The notes: generated from the letters alone by a model not told the origin. Numbered from the stretch's first letter, positions 31,718 through 42,018 are shown. The stretch is DNA of 64,000 nucleotides from Candidatus Thermosaccharophagus tengchongensis (GCA_032161105.1 JAVHTD010000003.1), one strand, 5' to 3'. Numbers and translations are program-made.

Positions 31718-32515
31718 GTGAAAGAGGGTGAGCGAACTTTGGAATGTGATGGCGTAGCAGCTAAACCAATTGTGACAGCGAGCGGTGTTTGGCTCGGCTA
31801 CGGAAACAACATAGTCCTCAGGGATGTTAACCTTGAGGTGTGCTCTGGTGACTTCATTGGGCTTGTTGGACCAAATGGCTCGGGAAAAACCACACTCCTA
31901 AAGGCGCTCCTCAAAATGCTCAAGCCAATCCGTGGTTCAATAACTTGGCATGCTACAGATGGCAAAGTGCGCTTTGGCTATGTGCCGCAACGGGAGCTGC
32001 TTGATGAGCTTTACCCATTGAGCGCTATTGATATCGTGCTCATGAGCCGCGTGAGCGCAGAAAAGCCATGGAGGCGATTCTCAAGCGATGACATTGACGC
32101 TGCCCGTTGGGCACTTGAGCAAGTTGGCATTGCTGACATGGCTACAAAGCCATACCGAATGCTCTCTGGCGGTCAAAAACAGAGGGTCTTGATTGCGAGA
32201 GCGCTCTCGGTTGTGCCAAATGTGCTTGTGCTTGATGAGCCAACAAATGGGCTTGACCTGCCAACGGAACACGCAATCATGGAATTGATTTACAGGTTGC
32301 ACCGAGAGCATTCAGTCACCGTCATATTTGCAACGCACCTGCTCAATGTCGTGATCAACTACGCAAACAGGATCGGGATAGTCCACGACGGGTATGTGCG
32401 CATTGGCACAACATCGGAAATGATCTCTCAAGAGAGACTGCGCGAGGCATACGGAATTGAAACGACCATCGCAACCGTTGATGGAAAGAGGCTGGTATTA
32501 GTGAAGGCTTCATGA
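31718..32515 (+). CDS. znuC: Metal ABC transporter ATPase (ZnuC-like)
   Basis: GPNGSGKT, GYVPQ, LSGGQKQRVLIARAL, LDEPT. Confidence 0.88.
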   Translation: MKEGERTLECDGVAAKPIVTASGVWLGYGNNIVLRDVNLEVCSGDFIGLVGPNGSGKTTLLKALLKMLKPIRGSITWHATDGKVRFGYVPQRELLDELYPLSAIDIVLMSRVSAEKPWRRFSSDDIDAARWALEQVGIADMATKPYRMLSGGQKQRVLIARALSVVPNVLVLDEPTNGLDLPTEHAIMELIYRLHREHSVTVIFATHLLNVVINYANRIGIVHDGYVRIGTTSEMISQERLREAYGIETTIATVDGKRLVLVKAS

Positions 32516-32522
32516 CGGGCTC

Positions 32523-33368
32523 GTGAAGAATGAGCAGGTGATGCTGTCAATGATCCCTTGGGGATTGCTTGCCATGCCAATTTTGAGCGCTTCAATTGCA
32601 TCGGCCGCATGCTGCTATGTTGGTGTTTATGTCGTGCTGAGGCGCATTGTATTCGTGAGCGCCGCATTGGCTCAACTTGGTGCTGCCGGTGTCGGGCTCG
32701 GATTGATGCTCAACATCAACCCGGTGGCGACTTGCTACGCATTCATATTGCTCGGAATGCTCTTTGTCCCACTGATACAGCGCGAGAGGAAAGTCAGCCG
32801 AGAAAGCATCCTCGGAGCAATGTATGCTGTAGCCGCGTCACTCGCCATGATATTTGTCGCAAAGAGCCCAGCCGAACAGCATTTGATGGAGTCAATACTA
32901 TTTGGCGAATTGCTCTACGCAACGAAGGATGTGGCGTTGCGTCTCGGAGCTGTCACCGCATTCACACTCGCAATTCACCTGACGCTTTTTAAGCCGTTGC
33001 TGCTTTCGTCATTTGACCCCGAGTTCGCCACCACTCTTGGAATACGCACGCGGTTGTTTGACGGCATCTTTTACATTGTGCTCGCTGTGCTTATCGGTGA
33101 GTGCATACGGGCAATTGGAGCACTGCTAACATTCGCATATCTTGTGCTACCACCATTGACGGCGCTGCTGCTCACCGACAGGTTCAAGAGCGCTTTTGCC
33201 ATCTCAATCTCATGCGGGTTGGTTGCGAACATAATCGGCATTGTTGTCTCGTTTCACTACGACTTACCATCAAGCCCAACTGTGGCAGCATGCACGCTAT
33301 TGCCGTTAATTGTGCTCGCGCCATTGGCACTCCACTCACGCTTGCTTAAATGCACATCACAGCGATAG
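32523..33368 (+). CDS. znuB: Metal ABC transporter permease (ZnuB-like)
   Basis: GVYVVLRR, ILFGELL, SFDPEFA, IGALL. Confidence 0.88.
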   Translation: MKNEQVMLSMIPWGLLAMPILSASIASAACCYVGVYVVLRRIVFVSAALAQLGAAGVGLGLMLNINPVATCYAFILLGMLFVPLIQRERKVSRESILGAMYAVAASLAMIFVAKSPAEQHLMESILFGELLYATKDVALRLGAVTAFTLAIHLTLFKPLLLSSFDPEFATTLGIRTRLFDGIFYIVLAVLIGECIRAIGALLTFAYLVLPPLTALLLTDRFKSAFAISISCGLVANIIGIVVSFHYDLPSSPTVAACTLLPLIVLAPLALHSRLLKCTSQR

Positions 33369-33645
33369 GGCATTAAGAATCCGACATAGACTTAGCAGCG
33401 AACCATCACAGCCAAGACCATTTTGGTCGCAACCAACGCGCTACTATGTGTATCAAAAACAATCGGTGACGGGTTTGCTCACAAGTGCTGCAAGCGGTTT
33501 ATTCGTGAAAGGGCTCTAACCCCGGTGAACTTCGTTTGAAGTGAAGGAGGTGGTGAAAAAATTTGATGTGACATAGCTGCTGCTTAGCAATGCCCAGCGA
33601 GCCTGGAAGCTCACAAACCCAAAACACCGTAAGGAGGGATATCCA

Positions 33646-34371
33646 ATGATGGTAGTAAGGAAGCGCGGCTTTACGCTGATTGAGCTTCTCGTCGTGATAG
33701 CCATAATCGCGATCCTGGCGGCGATTCTGTTCCCGGTGTTTGCCAAGGCTCGCGAGAAGGCAAGGATGACTTCATGCCAGTCAAACTTGAAGCAGCTCGC
33801 TCTCGGACTGCTCCAATATGTTCAGGACTACGATGAGAAGTTCCCAACCTACTACTGGGGCGAAGGAAATAGCGGCGTTCCAAACTCGTGCACATGGTGG
33901 GCTGGCATCTATCCGTATGTGAAGAACCTGCAGATTTACAAGTGCCCGAGTAGCCCGATAAATTCGCACAACACTCATCAAGTCTGGATTAACAACAACC
34001 CGCCATTCAACACGCCCGGCTTCGTTAACAACTACGGTTATAACGAACTCATCGGGAATGCAAGCGGTGGACTGCCATTAGCCCGCTTGAACAACCCAGC
34101 AGAGACTTTGGTGTTGGCAGATTGCACATCCACTTGGATTGGTGGCTATTGGCGATCTGCCGATAGACCGCACCTTCGCCGTGTGGCATTTGCAAGGGGC
34201 GGCGCACCATGCGGCTGCCCACCAAACCTCACAATGAACGAGGATTGGACATTGCACCTCGGTGGCTCAAACCTCGCCTTCGCCGATGGGCATGTCAAAT
34301 GGTTTCATTGGGCACAGGTGCGCACAATAACTGGTGGCGGTAAGATACGATACTACGACTGGGAATGGTAA
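33646..34371 (+). CDS. Prepilin-type N-methylation / DUF1559 / H-X9-DG protein
   Basis: [49 protein letters not shown]. Confidence 0.92.
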   Translation: MMVVRKRGFTLIELLVVIAIIAILAAILFPVFAKAREKARMTSCQSNLKQLALGLLQYVQDYDEKFPTYYWGEGNSGVPNSCTWWAGIYPYVKNLQIYKCPSSPINSHNTHQVWINNNPPFNTPGFVNNYGYNELIGNASGGLPLARLNNPAETLVLADCTSTWIGGYWRSADRPHLRRVAFARGGAPCGCPPNLTMNEDWTLHLGGSNLAFADGHVKWFHWAQVRTITGGGKIRYYDWEW

Positions 34372-34410
34372 TGCTCGGGGATGACATCGGCGCGCTAATG
34401 GCTAAAAATG

Positions 34411-34437
34411 GGGCGGACTATGGTCCGCCCAACTTTT
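34411..34437 (+). terminator. Intrinsic terminator, possibly bidirectional
   Basis: GGGCGGAC-TATG-GTCCGCCC then AACTTTT; A-run upstream. Confidence 0.75.
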
Positions 34438-34502
34438 GCTTCCCTCCCACAACAGCGCGCTACTGATGCTATGCGCAAAAGGATGCACCACAATGGCAGC
34501 AC

Positions 34503-34530
34503 TTGACAACGCAGCCAGAGATGCTAAGCT
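34503..34530 (+). promoter_or_regulatory. sigma70-type promoter, copy 1
   Basis: TTGACA-16 nt-TAAGCT with extended -10 TG. Confidence 0.6.
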
Positions 34531-34720
34531 AAATAACAGCTCGTGAGCGGCATGCCAAAATTGAATGTGCGGCATGTGCATAACGGGGTTTTGTGACGGT
34601 GTGGCTCAACCTCATTGGCACATGAGCGGATGTTGAAGTTGCCAAAGCTTCCGTCGGCGCATCTCATGTGCCACACTTAATGATGTCACGCAACGAAGGC
34701 GCACCTTGACAGGGTGGCAC

Positions 34721-34749
34721 TTGACAACGCAACCGGATGATGCTAAATT
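34721..34749 (+). promoter_or_regulatory. sigma70-type promoter, copy 2
   Basis: TTGACA-17 nt-TAAATT with extended -10 TG. Confidence 0.7.
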
Positions 34750-35005
34750 GAATAGTGGCTCATCGGGCAACGCATGCCACGCCGAACATTGAAAACGCAA
34801 TAGGTGCAACGATACTTCGTAGTGCTAATAGCGCATGGCGAGCCTTTGGTTGGATGCTGCAGTTGTAAATGAATTAACGAGACGAGAATGCAACACTTGG
34901 GGCGAAGGAGGTGATGCGAGAAACCATTGAAGCGGTGATGGCATGGGTGGTTGCTCGGTGAGGCTGCGAAGCGCGCAAACCAAATGTAATGAGGAGGGAT
35001 GCCAA

Positions 35006-35761
35006 ATGATGAGGAAGCGTGGCTTTACACTGATTGAATTGCTCGTCGTAATAGCTATCATCGCGATCCTGGCAGCAATTCTGTTCCCGGTGCTCGCCAG
35101 GGCGCGAGAGAAGGCACGCACAAGCTCATGCCAGAATAACCTCAAGAACATCGCAACGGCTTTCAAGATGTATACCAACGACTGGGATGAGAAGTTCCCG
35201 GCTCCAAACCATCCAGGTAACGATCCACATAACAATGTATACCAACAGGGTGAAATACCGTGGCCATTGCAGCTTGACCCGTATGTGAAGAACTGGCAGA
35301 TATTCAAGTGCCCGTCATACACAAGCTTCGGACTCGGCTATGGCTATAACCCATACCTCCAGTGGAGCTTGCGCGGCGAGAATCAATATCCAGCTGGGTG
35401 CTCTGAGGCAGATGTGCAGGATGTCGTCAGGACTGTGTTGGCTGCCGATGTGGATACGGCCGCTAACGACTCATCCTTAGTCCCGCCAGGCACGCTCCCG
35501 GGCATCGTTGACCAATTCAACCCGGACCTTGTGACGAGCTTGAATGGCAATATTAGCGGCGTAAATCCACCACCGAATCCGATACAGACAGGCAGCAGGC
35601 TTGCTGGCACTATCGTAACTGGTGGTGTCCCGATGGGTGGTGCACCTGAGCCGAGGCACACTGACGGCTGCAACTTCGCATTCGTTGATGGGCATGTGAA
35701 GTGGATTAAGAACAGGATGCAGATCATCTTCAACCCGAATGCAACGGCACCGGGTAACTAA
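35006..35761 (+). CDS. Prepilin-type N-methylation / DUF1559 / H-X9-DG protein (paralog)
   Basis: [46 protein letters not shown] upstream. Confidence 0.92.
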   Translation: MMRKRGFTLIELLVVIAIIAILAAILFPVLARAREKARTSSCQNNLKNIATAFKMYTNDWDEKFPAPNHPGNDPHNNVYQQGEIPWPLQLDPYVKNWQIFKCPSYTSFGLGYGYNPYLQWSLRGENQYPAGCSEADVQDVVRTVLAADVDTAANDSSLVPPGTLPGIVDQFNPDLVTSLNGNISGVNPPPNPIQTGSRLAGTIVTGGVPMGGAPEPRHTDGCNFAFVDGHVKWIKNRMQIIFNPNATAPGN

Positions 35762-35801
35762 CATTGGACATATGCCTCGGCTAAGGTAGGGTTGACCTGC
35801 G

Positions 35802-35841
35802 GCTGCGGTGGCACATATGTGCCACCGCAGCTTTTCCTTTT
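35802..35841 (+). terminator. Intrinsic terminator
   Basis: GCTGCGGTGGCAC-ATAT-GTGCCACCGCAGC followed by TTTTCCTTTT. Confidence 0.88.
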
Positions 35842-35977
35842 GAGCCCATGACACAACCAAAGCACAATTCGCCATGATTCGTTTGGAACTGAAGCATACC
35901 TTCGGAGGGGAATAGGGAAGCAAATTTTTAACGAGAACTGAAAAGCCACAAAACCGGCGCACGGGAGGGAGAAGCAA

Positions 35978-37792
35978 CTGCCGACTTTATCCCTCGGACG
36001 CATAGTCGCCTACATCACAGCATGCATTGCATTTGCAGCTATTGTCACCTGCCCGACCGAGAGCTATGACATTTGGTTTCACATCGCGACTGGAAGATGG
36101 ATAGCCATCAATGGGCGCATACCGACAAGGGATACATTCTCACGGAACTCCACGCGCAAATGGCAGCCACACAGCTGGCTGTTTGACTTGGCGTCGTTTC
36201 ACCTAAGCGGGCGCCCGTGTGCATTGCCATCGCATGATGGCATTCGCAACCTGCTCATTCTCAAGGGGGCACTGTGCGGCATCGCGTTCGTCATCTTGAT
36301 GGATAGCGCATTTTGGCTGTGTGGGAATCAACCAACTTCGTTGCTGCTCTCGCTCGCGGCAATTTACGCGAGCGTGCCATCGCTTGACATACGCCCGTAT
36401 GCTGTGAGCATCCTCTTCTTCATCATCTGCCTTCGCATGCTCATCGGGGAAGATACGCACCAGCGCAGAATTGCGCTGAAATTGGGATGGCTCTTCCTCT
36501 GCTCCGCCATTTGGGTCAACATCCACGGGAGCTTCTTAATCGGGCTCATCGCTTCGCTCACATTCATGCTTACGGCGCTCATCGCCAAAAGGCATGAGCT
36601 AATTCAATGGCTGCATGGCAGGGAGCGCATCTCAGCTAAAACGCTCTCTCACATGCTCGCACCGTTGGCGATGCTCATCGGCGGTTTGTGCAATCCATTT
36701 GGGGTGCGTGCCATCACCTACCCTTTCACCTACTGGCTGACTGAAACGAAGCATGCTACAAAGATCGTCGCTGAGTGGCTGCCGCCGGATTTCAAGTTGC
36801 CATTTGACTATGCCTTCCTGATGCTCCTCTGCCTGTGCATAATCCTTCCAGCTATTTCACATGTGCGAACTGATGCGAGAGTGAGATTGAACTCGCTCTC
36901 GCTCCTTTGCGCCGTGCTGGCAGCGATGGCGTTGATATCGCGGCGCAACATATGCCTGTTTGCAACCTGCTCAGTGCTGTTCATAGCGCAGACATTGCCA
37001 AGCGCATTCCAAATCGGCATCCTATCAAAGCCATTCATGCGCAGCTGGCACACCATCACCATCATATCTCTCGCTACCATCCTCGTTTTCTTGAGGAGCG
37101 CTTTGATGGCGCTGCGCCATCCATTGCGTGAGGAGCTCTTCCCATACGGCGCTGTTGAATTCATGAAAGCCAACTCGCTCCCGACGCCAATTTTCAACCC
37201 GTATCACTGGGGCGGCTTCTTGATAGCAGCGTTTGATGGGCGTGTGAAAGTCTTCATTGATGGGCGAGCCGATATTTACTCGGCTCAATTCCTAAAGCGC
37301 TATCATGACGCACAAAATGGCTTACATGGTTGGGATGACTTCCTTGATGAGCATGCCGTGAAGACAGCCATTGTTGATGTCGCAACCCCACTTTATGAGC
37401 TGCTCAGGCAGAGCCAGAAATGGCAAATGCTATACAGGGATATAACTGGCGCTGTGTTCGTGCGTGTCTCACGCGAGGCGATTCCACTCCTTAAGCGCGC
37501 CCAAAATGACGAGCTCAAATACCCGAAGAACGCGTGGGCTTATTTTTACAGAGGGATGATGTGCGCCGAAAGGAAGCAGTATGAGCGCGCCATCATGCAT
37601 TGGAAAGAGGCTTTATCGCTCAAGCCGGACATGGCAGAGGCTGCCATCAACTTGGGATGCGCATACGCAAGGCTGAAGCGGTGGAAGGATGCCAAATGGG
37701 CTTTTGAGACCGCAATAAGGCTGCTTGGGAAAGATTCACCACAATATTTGCACCGCTACCTGCGTGAGGCAAAGAAGCACGCCGGAGAATGA
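35978..37792 (+). CDS. Polytopic GT-C-like membrane protein with C-terminal TPRs; probable CTG start
   Basis: Frame is open upstream of track start 36188 with a TM and DIWFHIATGRWI..IPTRDTFS..W.PHSWL; also WVNIHGSF, EWLPP, YHWGGFL, VFIDGRAD. Confidence 0.7.
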   Translation: MPTLSLGRIVAYITACIAFAAIVTCPTESYDIWFHIATGRWIAINGRIPTRDTFSRNSTRKWQPHSWLFDLASFHLSGRPCALPSHDGIRNLLILKGALCGIAFVILMDSAFWLCGNQPTSLLLSLAAIYASVPSLDIRPYAVSILFFIICLRMLIGEDTHQRRIALKLGWLFLCSAIWVNIHGSFLIGLIASLTFMLTALIAKRHELIQWLHGRERISAKTLSHMLAPLAMLIGGLCNPFGVRAITYPFTYWLTETKHATKIVAEWLPPDFKLPFDYAFLMLLCLCIILPAISHVRTDARVRLNSLSLLCAVLAAMALISRRNICLFATCSVLFIAQTLPSAFQIGILSKPFMRSWHTITIISLATILVFLRSALMALRHPLREELFPYGAVEFMKANSLPTPIFNPYHWGGFLIAAFDGRVKVFIDGRADIYSAQFLKRYHDAQNGLHGWDDFLDEHAVKTAIVDVATPLYELLRQSQKWQMLYRDITGAVFVRVSREAIPLLKRAQNDELKYPKNAWAYFYRGMMCAERKQYERAIMHWKEALSLKPDMAEAAINLGCAYARLKRWKDAKWAFETAIRLLGKDSPQYLHRYLREAKKHAGE

Positions 37793-38144
37793 ACTCACAC
37801 GGCGCTACCATAATGTGAGTTACGCATTTAGCCCCATTGCATGCGGCAAACTGTGGGACAACGGCCTGCACGAAAGGAATGATCCATCTGCACGGTTTGA
37901 AGGCATCCTCTGCGGGCAGCTCAATGCCGCTCTTGCATCTATTGCTTATTGCTCAGCTTCCGAGCTGGATGCGGCTTTTGAAATTGAGTGCGCCAATTGC
38001 AGTCAACAGCGCATCCAATTGATTGGCGTCAACTCACCGTGCCAGAAATTCAATGGTGATGGACGGCGGCTTTAATAAGGCTGCGTGGTGGCAGGCTCAT
38101 TTTCCGCCGTTGAAAAATTCGGCATGCCATTTGGGGGTGTGAAC

Positions 38145-40925
38145 ATGCGACAGAGGCTATCGCTTGATGGGCTGTGGGACTTTACTGCCGACCCGATGGG
38201 CGAATTGCGTATTGACAAGCTCGGGGGAAACATTCAATGGCGCAAGATCAAAGTGCCATCCTTCTGGGAAGCGCAATTTGACGACTTGCTCAATTACGAC
38301 GGCATAGCTTGGTATCGTAGAAGCGTGCCGATGCCAAAGGAATGGATTGATGCAATCTCAAGCGGGCAAATGCGCCTTTTTATCCACTTTGAAGCGGTTG
38401 ACTATTATGCGTGTGTCTTCGTCGGTGGACACAGGGTCGGCGAAAATGAAGGTGGCTACTTGCCATTTGAGTTTGAGCTTGCCGGCAACTTGCTCAGCGA
38501 TATTGTGCGCGATGGCGAGCTGAAGATAACGGTGCAAGTCATTGACCCGACAAATGACAGGCTGCGTTTCCCGAAGTTCCCAGCCGATGAGATACCAATG
38601 GGTAAGCAAAGTTGGTATCTCAATGTCGGTGGCATTTGGCAGAGCGTTTGGCTTGAATTGAGGGAACAGACATTCGTTGAAGACATATTCGTAACTCCGC
38701 TGCGCGACTTGGAGAGCGTAAACCTGCGCATCAAACTCTCCGGAGCAGTTGAGAAGACCACTCGCTGTGAAATTCTCATTGAGGATGCTGATGGCAACTT
38801 AAGGTCATCGGCGCATAGCGATATTCCGGCGGGCGAAAGCGAACTGACAATGCGGCTCGTGATTGAGGACGCAAAGCCGTGGCACCCGGAAAGTCCAAAC
38901 CTATACCGAGCTATCGTCCGATTGAGCAATGGCGATGAGCACTCAACCACATTCGGGTTAAGGATAGTTGAATGCCGCAATGGCAGGGTGCATATCAACG
39001 GAGAGCCAATATACATCATCGGTGCGCTTGACCAAGATTTTTACGCCGACGAGATATACCGACCGCCAAGCGACGAATTCCTTGAGCGCCAGTTCAGGCT
39101 TGCAAAGGAACTCGGGTTTAATTTGCTTCGCTGCCATTTGAAGCTGCCCGAAAGACGCTATTTGGACATCGCAGACAAAGTGGGAATGCTTGTCTGGTAT
39201 GAGGTGCCAAGCTGGTCAAGGTTCGGCGAGCGCCTGAAGCAAAGGGTTAAACGGCACATTCAAGGGATGGTCAGGAGGGATTACAATCATCCATCTTTGG
39301 TGGCGTATGGGATTGTCGGTGAAGGTTTGGGATTGAAGTTGAGCGAACAGGAGCTGCACAGGCGATGGCTCGTTGAGGCAGTTGAGCTGCTGCGCCAACT
39401 TGATGGCACAAGGCTCATAATTGACAACTCACCATGTGAGGGGAACTTCCACATCAAGACCGACATAAATGACTTCCACATCTACTGCAACTCGCCCGAT
39501 GAGGATGAGCGCCTCTCACGGTGGCTTGATGAATTTGAAGGGCGCCCATACTGGACATTCAGCACACACGGCGATGCGCAACCAAGCGGCAACGAGCCGC
39601 TCATTGTTTCCGAGTTTGGCATTTGGGGATTGCCGGATGTGGACAGGCAGGTTAATGCGCTCGGGAAAACACCGTGGTGGTTTTCGACCGGCAGCGGCGC
39701 ATGTCGTCCTGATGGAGTTCATGAGCGCTTTTCGCGATCGCCACTTCGCGATGAATTTGCGAGCTTGGGTGAGCTGTTTGAGGCTACAAGGCTGCATCAG
39801 GCTGAAGGGCTGCGCCATCAGATTGAGGAAATACGCTCCCGCCACAACATCGCAGGATATGTCCTCACCGAATTGACGGATGTGGCTTGGGAGTGCAACG
39901 GCGTGCTTGACTTTGAGCGCCACGAAAAAGAGGCGGCAAAGATGCTTCGCCAAATACAATCGCAAGATGCGCTCATTATCAAGCTGAGCCGAGAGTGCGC
40001 CTTCGGCGGTGAGACAATAACGGGGCAAGCACTGCTCTCACATTACAGCCGAAGGAGTGTTGATGGTGGATGCCTGCTGATGCGCCTCGTTGACGAGCAC
40101 GGAAATGAGCATGCCAGCATAGATTTCCAGTGCCCTCGTGTTGAGCGGGGCGGTGTCAATAAGGTGGCTGAGTTTGAAATTGCGTTGAGTGATTTTGCCA
40201 AGCCGACATGGGTGAGCATTGAACTGCAACTGCTCTGTGATGAGCGTGAAGCAGCCCGAACAGCGAATAAGGTCCTCGCCATTCCGAGCTCTTGGAGGCG
40301 ATTTGATGCCGATGTTGAGGGCATTCAGCTTGCTGCGAAGAAAAGGATATTCGTGCATGATGCGAACTGCTGGCTCAACGGGCTTGGTGAATGGATGCGA
40401 AAAGCTGGGATGAGAATGGCTGACGGATTTGATGGCGCTGACATCATCATCGCCCCGTCACTTGATGAGAAGGTGCTGCGTGCCGTGAAGGGCGGCGCAA
40501 GCGCTCTTTGCATCATTGAGATGGCAAGGGCAATCCCGATGCCGATTGAGGGCTTGAGTGTGGTTGACAGGTCTTTAAAGGGGCGTCACGGGAGCTGGTG
40601 CACATCCTTCACATGGCTTTCAAAGCAGCTCTCTGAGCAACTCAACTTGCCGCGCATCCTGCCGCACGCCATGCGCCCAATAGTTCCGAGGTGCGTCATT
40701 GAGGCTGACTTTGAGCGCGCTTCGCATAACTCAAATGGCAACCCGGAGTTTGAGGCGGCACACGCCGGTTTGTTTGTCGGGTGGCTTCACGAGCAATCTT
40801 TTGTCGCCTTAACGATGCGCTATGGGAATGGCAAACTGCTTCTCACGACATTCAGGCTTACTGGCGCGGTCAATGATGAACCACCAGCTATAGCGATGCT
40901 GCGTGCGCTGCTGCAATTGCTATAG
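38145..40925 (+). CDS. Glycoside hydrolase family 2 protein
   Basis: GIAWYRR, FEAVDY, GIWQSV, GALDQ, GFNLLRCH, NHPS, SEFG. Confidence 0.88.
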   Translation: MRQRLSLDGLWDFTADPMGELRIDKLGGNIQWRKIKVPSFWEAQFDDLLNYDGIAWYRRSVPMPKEWIDAISSGQMRLFIHFEAVDYYACVFVGGHRVGENEGGYLPFEFELAGNLLSDIVRDGELKITVQVIDPTNDRLRFPKFPADEIPMGKQSWYLNVGGIWQSVWLELREQTFVEDIFVTPLRDLESVNLRIKLSGAVEKTTRCEILIEDADGNLRSSAHSDIPAGESELTMRLVIEDAKPWHPESPNLYRAIVRLSNGDEHSTTFGLRIVECRNGRVHINGEPIYIIGALDQDFYADEIYRPPSDEFLERQFRLAKELGFNLLRCHLKLPERRYLDIADKVGMLVWYEVPSWSRFGERLKQRVKRHIQGMVRRDYNHPSLVAYGIVGEGLGLKLSEQELHRRWLVEAVELLRQLDGTRLIIDNSPCEGNFHIKTDINDFHIYCNSPDEDERLSRWLDEFEGRPYWTFSTHGDAQPSGNEPLIVSEFGIWGLPDVDRQVNALGKTPWWFSTGSGACRPDGVHERFSRSPLRDEFASLGELFEATRLHQAEGLRHQIEEIRSRHNIAGYVLTELTDVAWECNGVLDFERHEKEAAKMLRQIQSQDALIIKLSRECAFGGETITGQALLSHYSRRSVDGGCLLMRLVDEHGNEHASIDFQCPRVERGGVNKVAEFEIALSDFAKPTWVSIELQLLCDEREAARTANKVLAIPSSWRRFDADVEGIQLAAKKRIFVHDANCWLNGLGEWMRKAGMRMADGFDGADIIIAPSLDEKVLRAVKGGASALCIIEMARAIPMPIEGLSVVDRSLKGRHGSWCTSFTWLSKQLSEQLNLPRILPHAMRPIVPRCVIEADFERASHNSNGNPEFEAAHAGLFVGWLHEQSFVALTMRYGNGKLLLTTFRLTGAVNDEPPAIAMLRALLQLL

Positions 40926-40986
40926 TGGTTTGGCATATGCCACATTGCCACATCGGCGTCAGAATGGCGCTCTGTCCATTTGGTGC

Positions 40987-41826
40987 TCAAAAGTGCTCCT
41001 CAATCTTGCGCCTGAGGAAATTGAGTGAACGCACTGTGCCCTCATCACCAAACGGATTGCCATCCTCAAGGCTTATGAAGCCGCAATAGACGATGGAGGC
41101 AAGCTCACTCATGATAGCGTCGTAATTCACATCCCCCTCACCAACGACTGTGTGTTGATATTCTCCCACCTTCCTGTCGCTTGCATGCATGTGCCAGACC
41201 TTGTGCTTCACCTCACGCAATACGCGAAGCGGGTCTTCGCCAACCATGAGCGGATTTGATGCATCAAAGTTGACGCCGACGGGCGTATCCTCAAGCCTGT
41301 GAAACACCTCAAGGAAGACATCCGGATGGAAGGCGAAATCAACATTCCTCCAACGCCTGTCCTTGTAATGGTTTTCAAGACCGAGCTTTATTCCCCTCGG
41401 CTCCGAGAAATCAAGCAGGCGCAATATGCATTCGGTAGCCCACTTTATGCCCGACTCCAACTCAACACCCTCATGAGCGCACCCAACGGTAACTCGCACG
41501 CCATGTGCGCCGAGCACGCGGGCTACTTCAATCATCGTCTTCATGTATTCAAGTTCGCGCTCTCTAAAGCGCTCATCCGGATGCGTGAAGTCGGGTGCAC
41601 ATGTGAGCTGCGATATGCCGAGCCCATTTCGCGAAAGCAGGCTGCAAACGGAGTTGAGCGTCTTGCGGTCGTATGAGGGCAGCATGCTGTGGTGAAGCTC
41701 AACAAATGATAGCCCAAATTCAACAGCCTTGTGAAACAGCTCCTCAAGTGATGGCTCTTGGCGCTCTGCCATTGAGTTAATGAACCTCACGGCAAGCCAC
41801 GATAGCACCGGTTTGCCACCAGACAC
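40987..41826 (-). CDS. Sugar-phosphate isomerase/epimerase (xylose-isomerase-like TIM barrel)
   Basis: LENH, NFDASN, HMHASDR, ISLED. Confidence 0.85.
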   Translation of the reverse strand: MSGGKPVLSWLAVRFINSMAERQEPSLEELFHKAVEFGLSFVELHHSMLPSYDRKTLNSVCSLLSRNGLGISQLTCAPDFTHPDERFRERELEYMKTMIEVARVLGAHGVRVTVGCAHEGVELESGIKWATECILRLLDFSEPRGIKLGLENHYKDRRWRNVDFAFHPDVFLEVFHRLEDTPVGVNFDASNPLMVGEDPLRVLREVKHKVWHMHASDRKVGEYQHTVVGEGDVNYDAIMSELASIVYCGFISLEDGNPFGDEGTVRSLNFLRRKIEEHF

Positions 41827-42018
41827 AAGCTCATCCTCCCTCCACGGGAATGGAAACCATCCTATAAGCCATTAGCTGCATCAACTCCGCCTGAGGGAGA
41901 AGTATAACAGCGCCAAAGCGTGCACCCACCAATTCATGATGCGCCATACTTACACCATCGGTAAGCGCTATGCCACTGGTGGAAAATTGGCATGCCGCAA
42001 ATGGCAGGTGGTGATGGG

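Noticed and set aside
35939..35941. In-frame TGA upstream of the GT-C-like gene as a second Sec codon
   Set aside because: No Cys/redox context or clear hairpin; an RBS-backed CTG downstream explains the frame
37793..38144. Long intergenic region as a riboswitch (GGCAAAC...GAAAG)
   Set aside because: Could not build the c-di-GMP-I or any other known aptamer structure
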